From: a bacterium
GTDB lineage: Bacteria > Margulisbacteria > Marinamargulisbacteria > GCA-2716485 > JAYNIM01
Direction: 5' to 3'
Assembly: GCA_038109055.1 (NCBI GenBank)
Contig: JAYNIM010000001.1
Location: 395,365 to 459,364 of the forward strand
Length of the DNA: 64,000 nt
Made by a program: the position numbers and the translations under genes. The stretch's first letter is position 1. Every line of letters starts with the position of its first letter. Below, piece after piece: positions 21,256 to 31,628 of this stretch. Under the pieces are notes generated by a model, which saw nothing but the letters and a program-made list of their open reading frames with translations, was not told where the DNA came from and ran no database searches.

Positions 21256-22266
21256 TCATCTTATCTTAATGTATTTCCCTTTTTGCTGCAGTGACTGATC
21301 ACATGCTTCAAGAAATCGTAATACTTTGAGCCCTAAGTGATGATTATTAAACGGTTGTTTTTGCTGATCTATGCAATTTAAAAAATGCATGATTTGTTTT
21401 TTTAATGGTTCGTGTTTATCTAAATTTGGATAGCTAACTTTCCCATGGTGATAACTAATCGTTGATGTTGCTCCATTGTCCTCACAATGTACTTGTGAAT
21501 CAAAGTAATGGATAGGATGTTTTTGATCTAATTCGTTCCAATGGATCATTTTCTTATCACTAACAATGACATTTTCCCTTACTTTGATTGGTGAAACCCA
21601 GTTTAAGGAAATGCTTGCTTTAATATTACCTTTATACTGAATGTCTATAGATGCTCGTTGCGCAAAATCTTGCTTTAGTTTTACAGGCACACAATACTGA
21701 CTATGAACCGCTAATGTTTCTGCTTCACACGAAATTAATGCCATTAAGGATGCAAAATCATGCACAGCCAAATCCCATATGACATTGCAATCTGGTTGAA
21801 TTCGACCTAAGTTTGCTCTTTTAGCATCTAGATAATATAAGGTTCCAAATTCTTTGTGATTGATGATCGTTTGAATTGCTTCGAAGGCTGGACTGTATAA
21901 TTGAGGATGATCAATCATGACCGTACAGCCATTTTTTTCAGCTAATGTAATTAGATCCTGGGCTTCTTTGCTTGTTTGTGTAAACGGTTTTTCGATAAAA
22001 ACATGTTTTTTTGATTGAAGGGCTTTTTTTGCAAGTGCATAATGACTCTTTAACGGTGTACAAATCGCAATGATGTCATACGCTGACGAGTGAATTAATT
22101 CATCGCTATCTTCACTAAGCTGAATGTCTGGGTACAGATTTTTTGCCCAGAGCAAACGCTCTTTGTTGTGATCACAGACACCTACAGCACCTTGGCCTAA
22201 AACCTCTACAAAATTTCGTAAAACATTTGGGCCCCAATACCCAATCCCTATTACGCCAACTCTCAT
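21256..22266 (-). CDS. Gfo/Idh/MocA oxidoreductase (nucleotide-sugar 3-dehydrogenase-like)
   Basis: GIGYWGPN, HVFIEKP, NVIWDLAVHD. Confidence 0.85.
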   Translation of the reverse strand: MRVGVIGIGYWGPNVLRNFVEVLGQGAVGVCDHNKERLLWAKNLYPDIQLSEDSDELIHSSAYDIIAICTPLKSHYALAKKALQSKKHVFIEKPFTQTSKEAQDLITLAEKNGCTVMIDHPQLYSPAFEAIQTIINHKEFGTLYYLDAKRANLGRIQPDCNVIWDLAVHDFASLMALISCEAETLAVHSQYCVPVKLKQDFAQRASIDIQYKGNIKASISLNWVSPIKVRENVIVSDKKMIHWNELDQKHPIHYFDSQVHCEDNGATSTISYHHGKVSYPNLDKHEPLKKQIMHFLNCIDQQKQPFNNHHLGLKVLRFLEACDQSLQQKGKYIKIR

Positions 22267-22354
22267 GTGTATTATATAACGTGATATTTATGTATATCGC
22301 AAGTACTGATTTTGTTGTTTATGTTGTACACATGATTGTGTAAACTAAGACATA

Positions 22355-23491
22355 ATGACAAAAAAATGTGTGATTGCCTTTGGAACTCGCCCCGAAGCGA
22401 TTAAATTATTATCTCTGATGGTTGCTTTAAAACAAGATCATGCTCATTTTTCTACGCATCTGTGTTTTACCGGCCAGCACCCTGATTTAGTACAGGACAT
22501 TTTGTCAGAATTTGATTTACAGATTGATACTCACTTGACATGTTCAAACCATGACGGTCAACTGCACACGTTAGGCAGTCAGTTACTTTTGCATTTTGGT
22601 AATTTTTTAAGTAGCAATTCCTTTGATTTGCTTATTGTTCAAGGTGATACCAGCACAAGCTATATGACAGCTTTAGCTGCCTTTTATCAACACATCCCCA
22701 TTGCACATATCGAGGCTGGCCTGCGGTCTGGAGATCTTGCCGCTCCTTGGCCTGAAGAAGGTCATCGTAAATCCTTGGCCAGCTTATGCCACTCTCATTT
22801 TGCGGCGACTAAATTGGCCCAAAATAATTTGCTTCGTGAGGGTATTGATCCTTCCATGATTTGGATTACAGGAAATACGGTTGTTGATGCCCTGCATTTG
22901 GCCTTAGATACTTTGGATAAAGCCCCTCACCTTATTGATCACCTTTACACTGAACTCTCTCATTCTGGTTTACCAAACATTGAACAAACCCCTTTTCTAT
23001 TGGTTACCTGCCATCGACGTGAAAACTGGGGTAAAAATCTTGACTCGCTGCTAGCTGCTATTCGACAGATTCTTTCCCTATACCCTCGGCATTACATTAT
23101 TTGGCCCCTTCACCCAAACCCTCACTTACAAACTCGAATCAAACATCAACTGGGTGGTCTTTCTCGTGTTTTATTAATTCCTGCTCAATCATACTTAAGC
23201 TTTGTCTATTTAATGCGACATGCCGTCTTGATTATTAGTGATAGTGGCGGGATTCAAGAAGAAGCGCCTACATTAAAAACACCTGTTTTACTATTACGGA
23301 CCAATACGGAGCGACCGGAGTGCTTGGAGAGCCATTTGGTAACCTTGGTGGGTTCTGATACCGCTAAATTGGTTTCTTCTGTTAAAGATGTATTAGAGTC
23401 TCCTAGAGATTTTTCTACTATTGTAAATCCTTTTGGAGATGGACAAGCTTATAAGCGACTATTGAAAACATTATATATACTGTATGACTAG
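22355..23491 (+). CDS. wecB: UDP-N-acetylglucosamine 2-epimerase (non-hydrolysing)
   Basis: FGTRPEAIK, VQGDT, HIEAGLRS, PWPEE, TCHRREN, SDSGGIQEEAP, NPFGDG. Confidence 0.92.
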   Translation: MTKKCVIAFGTRPEAIKLLSLMVALKQDHAHFSTHLCFTGQHPDLVQDILSEFDLQIDTHLTCSNHDGQLHTLGSQLLLHFGNFLSSNSFDLLIVQGDTSTSYMTALAAFYQHIPIAHIEAGLRSGDLAAPWPEEGHRKSLASLCHSHFAATKLAQNNLLREGIDPSMIWITGNTVVDALHLALDTLDKAPHLIDHLYTELSHSGLPNIEQTPFLLVTCHRRENWGKNLDSLLAAIRQILSLYPRHYIIWPLHPNPHLQTRIKHQLGGLSRVLLIPAQSYLSFVYLMRHAVLIISDSGGIQEEAPTLKTPVLLLRTNTERPECLESHLVTLVGSDTAKLVSSVKDVLESPRDFSTIVNPFGDGQAYKRLLKTLYILYD

Positions 23492-23625
23492 CGTGACCTC
23501 TTTTTCGATCAACTGATATCTTTTGTCTTTTTACTTGATTCTTATTATATATCGTGTAAGCGTATGTCATAGGCCTTTGACTGTTGCTACTTTAGCCAAA
23601 TAATAAAATGCGCTAAGATAAGTAC

Positions 23626-24351
23626 ATGAAAGAATTGCCTAGGGCTACTCTAGATGAAGAAATTGACTTGGTAGAAGTTCTAAAATTTATTTACTCTCAA
23701 AAGGGAGTGTTTGTTATTATCCTTATCCTTTCGCTTTTGGTTGGCTCTTTTATTCCTTTTTTTATTCCTAAAACCTATACCAGCAGTTGTACCTTTTTTA
23801 ATATTGGTGCTCGATCACAGCCTAGTCCTCTTTCAGCATACTCAACTCTCTTGGGAGTGGCTTCCTCTGATTCAGGTAAACTTCAAGCAATTATTGAGAG
23901 TTATCGGCTTAAATCTCTTGTTGCTACACATTTTTTAAAGGACTTTGAGAATGAATTAGATGCCTTCTATGATAATCATCAAAATAAAGATGCAGATACC
24001 ACTGAGAATAGGATTCGCTTTATTGTAGGCTCGCTTCAACTCGAAAAAAATATAACGTTAGTAAAGCAAAAAAATGATACATATCTCTTATCTTATACAT
24101 CAGAAAGTCCAGACTTGAGCTACAGGGTCCTTAATACTTACTTGACATCATTAGAAGACATCTACAGACTACTTGATTTGTCTGTACACAAAGAGATTAT
24201 TCGACTCCTAGATACCCCAACTCTTCCAAGTTCCCCATCTTCTCCAAACTCAAAAAAAATTCTTAAATTTAGTTTTATGGGTTCTTTTGTTTTGTTTGGT
24301 GTCTATCTTTTAGGAGTATATGGTATGCGTCTTGTAAAGACTAAGCTATAA
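23626..24351 (+). CDS. Wzz-like polysaccharide chain-length determinant
   Basis: DEEIDLVEV N-terminus, TM1, periplasmic domain, Pro-rich LDTPTLPSSPSSP before TM2. Confidence 0.7.
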   Translation: MKELPRATLDEEIDLVEVLKFIYSQKGVFVIILILSLLVGSFIPFFIPKTYTSSCTFFNIGARSQPSPLSAYSTLLGVASSDSGKLQAIIESYRLKSLVATHFLKDFENELDAFYDNHQNKDADTTENRIRFIVGSLQLEKNITLVKQKNDTYLLSYTSESPDLSYRVLNTYLTSLEDIYRLLDLSVHKEIIRLLDTPTLPSSPSSPNSKKILKFSFMGSFVLFGVYLLGVYGMRLVKTKL

Positions 24352-24402
24352 TTTTAAGCTCTTTCGTTATTATAATCTGGTCTTTAATATATTTTTATTC
24401 CT

Positions 24403-25422
24403 TTAATTTAAACCTGAATACTCTTTTTTTGGCTCAGTGATTTTTTTGCACATCAAATTATATACCGTTCCTGCTAACATTCCAGCTGCATATGATAGAT
24501 GCATTATAAGAATTATAATCCCCGTAAATATATACTTTATATTCTTTTTTTCAATACTAATTTGCATCCCTGAGAGCGCTATTATAGTCAGATAGCTCCC
24601 TAGTATTAATTCTGGTAGAAATTGCCCAATTCTAATTATCTCAGTCATTAACCATATAAGTAGTAAACCCATAAAAAACACTAAAGGTATTACATGTCGA
24701 AACTTTAATGAAGTTAGTGATAAACGTGGCAAATAATACCCATTTTGAAACATTTGTTTGGCAACTTTTTTGCAAGAGTTTCTACATAAATAGTCTGCCT
24801 TCATTTTGTTATATAAATAAAAAGTGCCTCCTGCTTTTTGAATTTGATCGTGCATGTGATTGTCCTGGTGACGGACAAGTGTTTCATTAAAAAAACCTAC
24901 CCTGTCAAATATTTCTTTACGATATATGCCATATGCGACTGTATCTACACGTCCATCTTTGGTCTGGGTTCGAAATGGGGACCCGCCTACCCCTACCTTT
25001 GATGATAGTGCTTGCGCAATAATCTCCCCCCAAAACCCAGAGGCTTTTGTTTTTATGGCTCCGCCAACAACGCTCACATCATTTTTCTGTTCTAAGAGCT
25101 GAATTCCATACTCCACATAACCTTTGTGCAATATTGAATGTACATCAGGTCTCACTACATATGTCCCCTTTGCAGCTTTAATCCCAATATTCCAACCTGG
25201 GGCCAGATTCTTTTTTGGATTATCTAATATCACCCAAGAGTATTTTTTTTCTTTCAAATAGTTTGTCGCAACATCTTTTGTATGGTCTTCTGATAAACCA
25301 TCTATAATGATTAACTCCCATGTATTATCTTTTTCTTGGAATTGGGACTCGATAGATTTAATACAATTTAAAATCGTAAATCTTCCGTTTCTAACAACAA
25401 TGATGATGCTAATTTTCATCAA
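24403..25422 (-). CDS. Glycosyltransferase, GT2 (ExoA-like)
   Basis: ISIIIVVRN, IIDGLSED, GWNIGI, RPDVH, FNETLVRHQD; C-terminal TM helices. Confidence 0.85.
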   Translation of the reverse strand: MMKISIIIVVRNGRFTILNCIKSIESQFQEKDNTWELIIIDGLSEDHTKDVATNYLKEKKYSWVILDNPKKNLAPGWNIGIKAAKGTYVVRPDVHSILHKGYVEYGIQLLEQKNDVSVVGGAIKTKASGFWGEIIAQALSSKVGVGGSPFRTQTKDGRVDTVAYGIYRKEIFDRVGFFNETLVRHQDNHMHDQIQKAGGTFYLYNKMKADYLCRNSCKKVAKQMFQNGYYLPRLSLTSLKFRHVIPLVFFMGLLLIWLMTEIIRIGQFLPELILGSYLTIIALSGMQISIEKKNIKYIFTGIIILIMHLSYAAGMLAGTVYNLMCKKITEPKKEYSGLN

Positions 25423-25636
25423 TCTCTCCCATTATTTCTTTTATTGTATGTTGAATAGTTATTATGGTTTTAGCTATTATTGCTATCATATTTATATTAC
25501 ACTTTTTATATAATTTGTATTGAAACTATTAACCTCGACACATTACTATTTATATTTCTTATCTAATTTTCATTGAAGAAATACTATATCTTATTTTCTT
25601 TTCTTAGTATGCCTGTATTTTTAACACGTTTACTCT

Positions 25637-26890
25637 CTATTCTGTTAAATTTAAATAATATAACATTCTTTTTCCAGTATGTGTGCTATCAATCCAAATT
25701 TGTTTCCCATTATTCGTTAATCTTGGGTGCAAATCACACCTTGAAAAACCATTAAACTTTAAAGGTTCATATGCTTCAGTGAGTGTTGTTAGCTTATTTG
25801 TATCAAAGTAATATAAAAGTAATGATTTTATTTGTTTTCTATTTGGATATGTATCAATTACCATTTTATTGTTAGCGACTGTCGGATGCCCATCTCCTAA
25901 TGTATGAATACTGTTACACTTTAATTTTTCAATTAAATTCTTCTTTATATTTATCATAAAATAACCTTTTTCTTTCTTATATTTTAAATATGCTACTATA
26001 TTTTCATTATCTACCCATTTGCAATGACTCACCATTCCAGATACAAGAATTTTTAGATTTCGTGTTTCTAAGTCTCCAAGTATTAATGTATGTAATACCT
26101 CACCTTTAACTATTATTCGATGTAAAAAAATACATGTTCTGGCATTTGGGCTTAACATAATATGATTGATATGCTGATTATTGTTCGAACAATATTTTAT
26201 ATTAATAACTTTTGATATTTTATCTAATGACCATAAAAGTGAATATTTATTTCTTTTATGATCTAATATAAATACGCCATCGTCCTTTAATTGACTTAGC
26301 TTTTTTCTATAATTACAATATCCGTAATCAGATGCATACTGGTTTAGTCTTTCAAAATTTAATGTAAGTGAAAATGTATTACAGGATTCATAAATAGGTA
26401 AGTCTAACGTCTTAAAACACTTTTGTTTAACATTATAAATTTGAGAAAATAGCTTTTGTTTTTTGATATTTAGATTATTAAATATAATTTCATTTTCATT
26501 AATCCACTGTAAGCGTGCACCTTGTTGCCAATTAAACGCATATGATGTCGCGATATTAAATACTTCATTTGTTTTCATTTTTTTGAGCATAATATTAATA
26601 CCTTTATTCTTTGGCTTATTTGACGTATCAAATTCAGTCTGATGAAAAACACAGTATTCATCAGTTTGATTAAGAGGTATATGATCATAATACCCAAAAA
26701 ATGTTTCTCCCTCTGGATATACAGCTATCAGTTCTTTTTTTGTCTTTATTTGTCTTGTTTTCTTACAATATATACAGACCATACAAATTCTATATATTTT
26801 TTTTAATACCCTTTTTAAATACGGTAGCTTAGAGAGTCCTTTAGCTATTTTATATTCTAAAGTAGAATAATTTCCTGTTCCTTTTTTCAT
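25637..26890 (-). CDS. Hypothetical beta-propeller-like protein of polysaccharide loci
   Basis: FFGYYD, AFNWQQGARLQW, DGHP, IDTYP, RCDLHPR motifs; function unknown. Confidence 0.6.
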   Translation of the reverse strand: MKKGTGNYSTLEYKIAKGLSKLPYLKRVLKKIYRICMVCIYCKKTRQIKTKKELIAVYPEGETFFGYYDHIPLNQTDEYCVFHQTEFDTSNKPKNKGINIMLKKMKTNEVFNIATSYAFNWQQGARLQWINENEIIFNNLNIKKQKLFSQIYNVKQKCFKTLDLPIYESCNTFSLTLNFERLNQYASDYGYCNYRKKLSQLKDDGVFILDHKRNKYSLLWSLDKISKVINIKYCSNNNQHINHIMLSPNARTCIFLHRIIVKGEVLHTLILGDLETRNLKILVSGMVSHCKWVDNENIVAYLKYKKEKGYFMINIKKNLIEKLKCNSIHTLGDGHPTVANNKMVIDTYPNRKQIKSLLLYYFDTNKLTTLTEAYEPLKFNGFSRCDLHPRLTNNGKQIWIDSTHTGKRMLYYLNLTE

Positions 26891-26892
26891 CG

Positions 26893-28185
26893 TTATACTT
26901 GTTTTAATTTTTTGTATAGTATTTCATATTGAGCTTCTCTACTATACATTAAGATGTTTTTTTTATTTATTTTTACTAAACATTTACCTGCCAACTCTTT
27001 TTCTGTTACTTTTTGCTCTAAAAACGCTATGATTTCACTTTTATTATTCAATAATTGGCCCATTCTTGTCTCATCTAAGACTGTTTTTATTTCACTTTCT
27101 GGATGAGCAATGGCCAAAATAGGTCGTTTGGCACAAAGGTATTCAAATAGTTTACCTGTTAAATTCCCTTTTGCTTTTAAGGTATTTTCCTCCAATAATA
27201 AATTTATATCGGCTGTTTGCTGTAACGATAAAGACTCTTCATATGAAACAACTGGATGAATTGAAATACAACCTGATAGCTGTGAATATTGTGATAACAA
27301 CTCATACAAATAGTCTGGGTCCATCACATAAAATTCTAGCTTTATGTTTATTTTTTTCAACTTTATCTCATTTAATGCATCGAATAAAAGTTTAGGACAT
27401 CTTCGTCCATCATATAATTTACCCATATATCGAATTACTATTTCATTCGTATTAGAACACTCTCTTGCAGCTACTACCTCCTGCCACTTCTTTAATGTAA
27501 ACCCATTCATCACTGTTAGACATTCTTTTTTATGCAAAAACTCTAAATCTTTCTTTAATGTTTCAGATACTGTCGCCAAAAAACTTGCTGGTTTCATCAC
27601 TTTTTTTTCAATCCATCTGTCTAAAAGATTCAAAGGGAATGCACGTTTCCATACATTATTCTGACTCCATAAGTCTCTGAATTCTGCGACCCAAGGAATG
27701 GCATTTTTTTTAGATAGATAGCCCGCTATTAAATGACAAGTATGAGGTGTTGCAGATGAAAATATAATGTCGGGCTTAATGTCATTGATAATAGCTTGAA
27801 ATTTGCTTTTATTTAAAAAAAACCATAAAAATGAGGCATCTGGCCAATAACATATAGTCCGAATCCAAGACTTTACATATTTTTGTATCTTTAACTTAGT
27901 CCTACTACCCCCTTTACCCTGTTCTTTTTTTATTTTTGTAAGTGTTACATTAGTAGTGCTTAATTTCTGTTTCAAGTACTGTATAAAATTAAACTCTTTA
28001 ACTTCAAACATCTTTGTAATTCCCTCAGGAATAGACGTCTGGTCATGGCTATTATTATGTTTAACTGTAATTACATATACGGGATGCCCTTTTTGAATTA
28101 AAAATTCTGCAAATGCTTTCACGCGCTGAGATCCGATAGATGAATTTGGCGGAAAATACCAACTGATAATAAGTATTTTTTTCAT
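26893..28185 (-). CDS. Glycosyltransferase, GT4
   Basis: ISWYFPP, PWVAEFRDLW, TGKLFEYL. Confidence 0.85.
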   Translation of the reverse strand: MKKILIISWYFPPNSSIGSQRVKAFAEFLIQKGHPVYVITVKHNNSHDQTSIPEGITKMFEVKEFNFIQYLKQKLSTTNVTLTKIKKEQGKGGSRTKLKIQKYVKSWIRTICYWPDASFLWFFLNKSKFQAIINDIKPDIIFSSATPHTCHLIAGYLSKKNAIPWVAEFRDLWSQNNVWKRAFPLNLLDRWIEKKVMKPASFLATVSETLKKDLEFLHKKECLTVMNGFTLKKWQEVVAARECSNTNEIVIRYMGKLYDGRRCPKLLFDALNEIKLKKINIKLEFYVMDPDYLYELLSQYSQLSGCISIHPVVSYEESLSLQQTADINLLLEENTLKAKGNLTGKLFEYLCAKRPILAIAHPESEIKTVLDETRMGQLLNNKSEIIAFLEQKVTEKELAGKCLVKINKKNILMYSREAQYEILYKKLKQV

Positions 28186-28402
28186 GTTTATGTATGTAGA
28201 CTATAGGAAGATCTAAAAGAAATACATACCTCTATCATTCTGATAGTTATACACTATTTTTTTAAATGATAAAATATACCTGTTTCATTTTAACATCCCT
28301 CACTCAACTAACATCTATATTTTATTGATCATTAGCGCCCCTTTTTTATTAAGAGCCTTATATTTTGCATTTTTTTACTAAACCTAATAAACTCGACCTG
28401 TT

Positions 28403-29074
28403 ATGAATAGTCAAAATGAGTTATCAAATATAAAGAAAAGATACCTTAAACGTTTTAAAAAGACAAAAAACATATCCCCTAATATAAGGCTTTTTTGGAA
28501 AAATGTTGATAATGAAAGATTTGAAATATATAAAAAAATATTACTCCCATTCCTTTGTGAACGAAAGCTGCCTTCTGTTCTTGAAATTGGCGCTACTTGT
28601 GCCACTAATCTAAATAGATTTATTGAATTAGGTATCAATAAAAATAATATTATCTTAAATAATCTCCTTCCTCACTATCATTTAGATAGATTCCTTCCCG
28701 CATCTCAACTAATAATAGGTGACGCTGCTTCTATTGCTTACAGAGACAAATTTGATATCATACTTCAGTCTATCGTATTTACATCAATTTTAACTAATGA
28801 ACTCAAACAAAAATTGGCGACTAACATGCTTAACATGTTAAAGACCGATGGTATTATTCTCTGGTATGATTTTATATATGATAACCCCTATAATAAGGAT
28901 GTAAAAGGTATTTCTAAAAAGGAAATTAAGCATTTATTTAGAGATGCAAAGACTATCGATTTTTATCCTGTAACTCTGGCCCCTCCCATCGCTAAACATG
29001 TTGGAAGACTCTATAAGCTATTAAATTTCTTCCCTTTTCTTAGAACACATGTTGTTGCAAAAATAAGCAAGTAA
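28403..29074 (+). CDS. Class I SAM-dependent methyltransferase-like protein
   Basis: VLEIG, FDIILQSIVFTSIL, GIILWYDF.YDNP.NKDV; motif I lacks the usual glycines. Confidence 0.75.
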   Translation: MNSQNELSNIKKRYLKRFKKTKNISPNIRLFWKNVDNERFEIYKKILLPFLCERKLPSVLEIGATCATNLNRFIELGINKNNIILNNLLPHYHLDRFLPASQLIIGDAASIAYRDKFDIILQSIVFTSILTNELKQKLATNMLNMLKTDGIILWYDFIYDNPYNKDVKGISKKEIKHLFRDAKTIDFYPVTLAPPIAKHVGRLYKLLNFFPFLRTHVVAKISK

Positions 29075-29076
29075 GC

Positions 29077-30393
29077 TTAGTTATGTGGAAGAGCTTTAGG
29101 TAGCTTTGATGTTGTTATTAATGGGTATTGAGATCTCTTGTTTATATAGGCAATATGTAAGGTTATGCTCCAAAATAGGAAAGGGTTTGTAAATAAATAT
29201 TCATTCCCAAACGATATTAATAAAATAGTACAATATGTATAATGTAGTGCAAATATATAAACCTTTTGATGTTCATCTTTTGTTTTTAACGCTTTTTTTC
29301 CCTGTAAATAGATTTGAATAAAAAATATTCCTAAAAATAAAGATCCTATTATTCCCTGATTACTTAGTATATATAGATATAAATTATGCGGCATGGCTAT
29401 ATGTTTTTCATATCTATTGATGACGGTTATACCTTGCCCAATACCTACTCCAAATAATGGCTTTTCCATTAAAAGTTGTAGATAGGCTTTTATTAATCGC
29501 TGCCTAGTACTCCCTTCTTGATATTTCTGAAGTTCTTTCCCCCCTAAAATATAATAAATCTCTTGAAGTCTTAATATACGATTCTTTATTTTTTCACCAA
29601 ATGACGTAGAAATCATTATTACCCAAAAGACAACCACAAAAAAACTTACCCACTTAACCACCTTTAGCCTTTTTCTTATATCAATATTTTTGTTTATTAA
29701 TATGAAGATTAGCATCATAATAATTGCAATATATGCCGATCTACTCAAATTCATCAAAATAGTGATTACTATGACCATACAATTTATGCCTGCTAAATTA
29801 GATCGTCCAAATATATATTTAAAAAATGCATAAAACAAAGGTAAAATGAGTAAAAATGTAAACCCATTTCTATTAATTCCCAACATCCCAAAAATATTTG
29901 CCCCACTTGTCTTTGGCAATATGTTTAGCGAAAATGCTAATAATGACATAATAGATAATACAACTATATACTTATAATATTTTTTAATTATCTGTTCCAG
30001 CTGACTCGAGTTTAATTTAAAACTAACAAACACTAATATAATATTAATCAGATATATTGATGAGTATACAATAAAATTATTTATACTATTTATGTTTGGA
30101 ATAGAACTTATCATTCCAGTAAATACAAATAATATAAAGAACCTCTGTATATAGCAGACATGTTTAGTGATTCTCATATTTTTAACTACGATTATCAAAA
30201 AAAATATTAGAACTAATAAACTAGGATAGTATCCTATCGGTATTCCTAGAGGTCTTTTGGGAATGGGTGCTATGATTGCTAAACTTGCAAGTAATCCTAC
30301 ACCTAAAAGAGTTAAGAAAACATATATACATGCTATGTTGTAATAATTTAATTTCACGTTTGCAGTATATAAGAAAATGCCAGATGATCCCAA
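29077..30393 (-). CDS. O-antigen polymerase/ligase (Wzy/WaaL family); start uncertain
   Basis: About 11-12 TM segments; LSRSAYI, PLFGVGIG, PHNLYL..LSNQGIIG. Confidence 0.8.
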   Translation of the reverse strand: MGSSGIFLYTANVKLNYYNIACIYVFLTLLGVGLLASLAIIAPIPKRPLGIPIGYYPSLLVLIFFLIIVVKNMRITKHVCYIQRFFILFVFTGMISSIPNINSINNFIVYSSIYLINIILVFVSFKLNSSQLEQIIKKYYKYIVVLSIMSLLAFSLNILPKTSGANIFGMLGINRNGFTFLLILPLFYAFFKYIFGRSNLAGINCMVIVITILMNLSRSAYIAIIMMLIFILINKNIDIRKRLKVVKWVSFFVVVFWVIMISTSFGEKIKNRILRLQEIYYILGGKELQKYQEGSTRQRLIKAYLQLLMEKPLFGVGIGQGITVINRYEKHIAMPHNLYLYILSNQGIIGSLFLGIFFIQIYLQGKKALKTKDEHQKVYIFALHYTYCTILLISFGNEYLFTNPFLFWSITLHIAYINKRSQYPLITTSKLPKALPHN

Positions 30394-30515
30394 TCTTGTA
30401 ACAATGATCTTCGTCCTATCATTTTATAGTTGTATACATCATACATAGCTGTATCCCCACACGTCTATCTTGACCTTCTAGTTTAGTAAGGCTACTGGCC
30501 TATTTGGTCTTGGAA

Positions 30516-31595
30516 TTATCCCAAAGCATCCATTATTTTATCTGTCGTATTTCCATCTCCGAATGGAGCCCCCAGAAATGAATATTGATCGATGGATTGG
30601 ATAGCCTGTTGAAGGAAGTCTCTGTTTAGTTTTTTAGGAGTATCCATCACCAATCGATTGGCACCTGCATGAATAGTCTCTACCCATTCGGTTGTGTCTC
30701 TAAGAGTTATACAGGGTTTTTTTACAAAAAAAGCTTCTTTCTGAAGGCCTCCACTATCGGTTAATACGATGCTTGTTTCTTTTAACAGGGTTAACATATC
30801 CAGGTAACCGACAGGTTCAATACATTGGATATTAGAGGGACATTGGATATTAAATTCTGTTAACTTATTTTTAGTACGGGGATGAAGAGGAAATATGATA
30901 GGGATATTCAAGTTTCCTAATGTTGTCATGATATCTGTTAATACCATTTTGTCATCTGTGTTTGAGGCACGATGGAGGGTCATTAGCGCAAAGGTATGAT
31001 GAGAAAGATTTAATTGATTCGTAAATGAAGGATGATGACTATCTTTTATATGCTTCATAAAATAATGATGGGCTTCCAACATAATATCTCCATGAAAGTA
31101 CACGTTTTTTGTAAGTCCTTCATTCGTTAGATTTGTGATAGCTGTTTGAGTAGGTGCCGATAAAATCGTCGACATATGATCAGTACAAATACGGTTTATT
31201 TCTTCTGGCATGTGTTTGTCAAAAGAACGTAGCCCTGCTTCAATGTGTAACACGGGGATACATAACTTTGAAGCTACTAAAGCACCTGCTAAGGTTGAGT
31301 TTGTATCACCAAAAACAATCACTAATGCTGGTTTTTTATCCACATATACTTTTTCGAGTTCAATAAGCATATTGCCTGTACTATGACCATGTAGCCCGCC
31401 ACGTATATTTAAATTGATATCGGGCTTACGAATTCCCATTTCCTCAAAAAATATCTTGGACATATTGTCATCAAAATGTTGACCAGTATGTACAACACAA
31501 TGTTGATAATACTGATCAATCTTTTTGCATAGTGGTGCTAGTTTAATAAATTGGGGGCGTGCACCGACAATCGTTAAAATTTTTTTTTTAGACAT
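30516..31595 (-). CDS. UDP-GlcNAc 2-epimerase family, WbpI-like
   Basis: IVGARPQFIK, HTGQHFD, FGDTNSTLAG, HIEAGLRSFD..MPEEINR, TDSGGLQKEA. Confidence 0.88.
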   Translation of the reverse strand: MSKKKILTIVGARPQFIKLAPLCKKIDQYYQHCVVHTGQHFDDNMSKIFFEEMGIRKPDINLNIRGGLHGHSTGNMLIELEKVYVDKKPALVIVFGDTNSTLAGALVASKLCIPVLHIEAGLRSFDKHMPEEINRICTDHMSTILSAPTQTAITNLTNEGLTKNVYFHGDIMLEAHHYFMKHIKDSHHPSFTNQLNLSHHTFALMTLHRASNTDDKMVLTDIMTTLGNLNIPIIFPLHPRTKNKLTEFNIQCPSNIQCIEPVGYLDMLTLLKETSIVLTDSGGLQKEAFFVKKPCITLRDTTEWVETIHAGANRLVMDTPKKLNRDFLQQAIQSIDQYSFLGAPFGDGNTTDKIMDALG

Positions 31596-31628
31596 TACTT
31601 TATTTTCGCAAGGACTCTGAATAGTTAA

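Noticed and set aside
22327..22342. Inverted repeat TACACA-TGAT-TGTGTA upstream of wecB
   Set aside because: Only 6-bp arms, no second copy noticed and no regulator nearby; compatible with chance.
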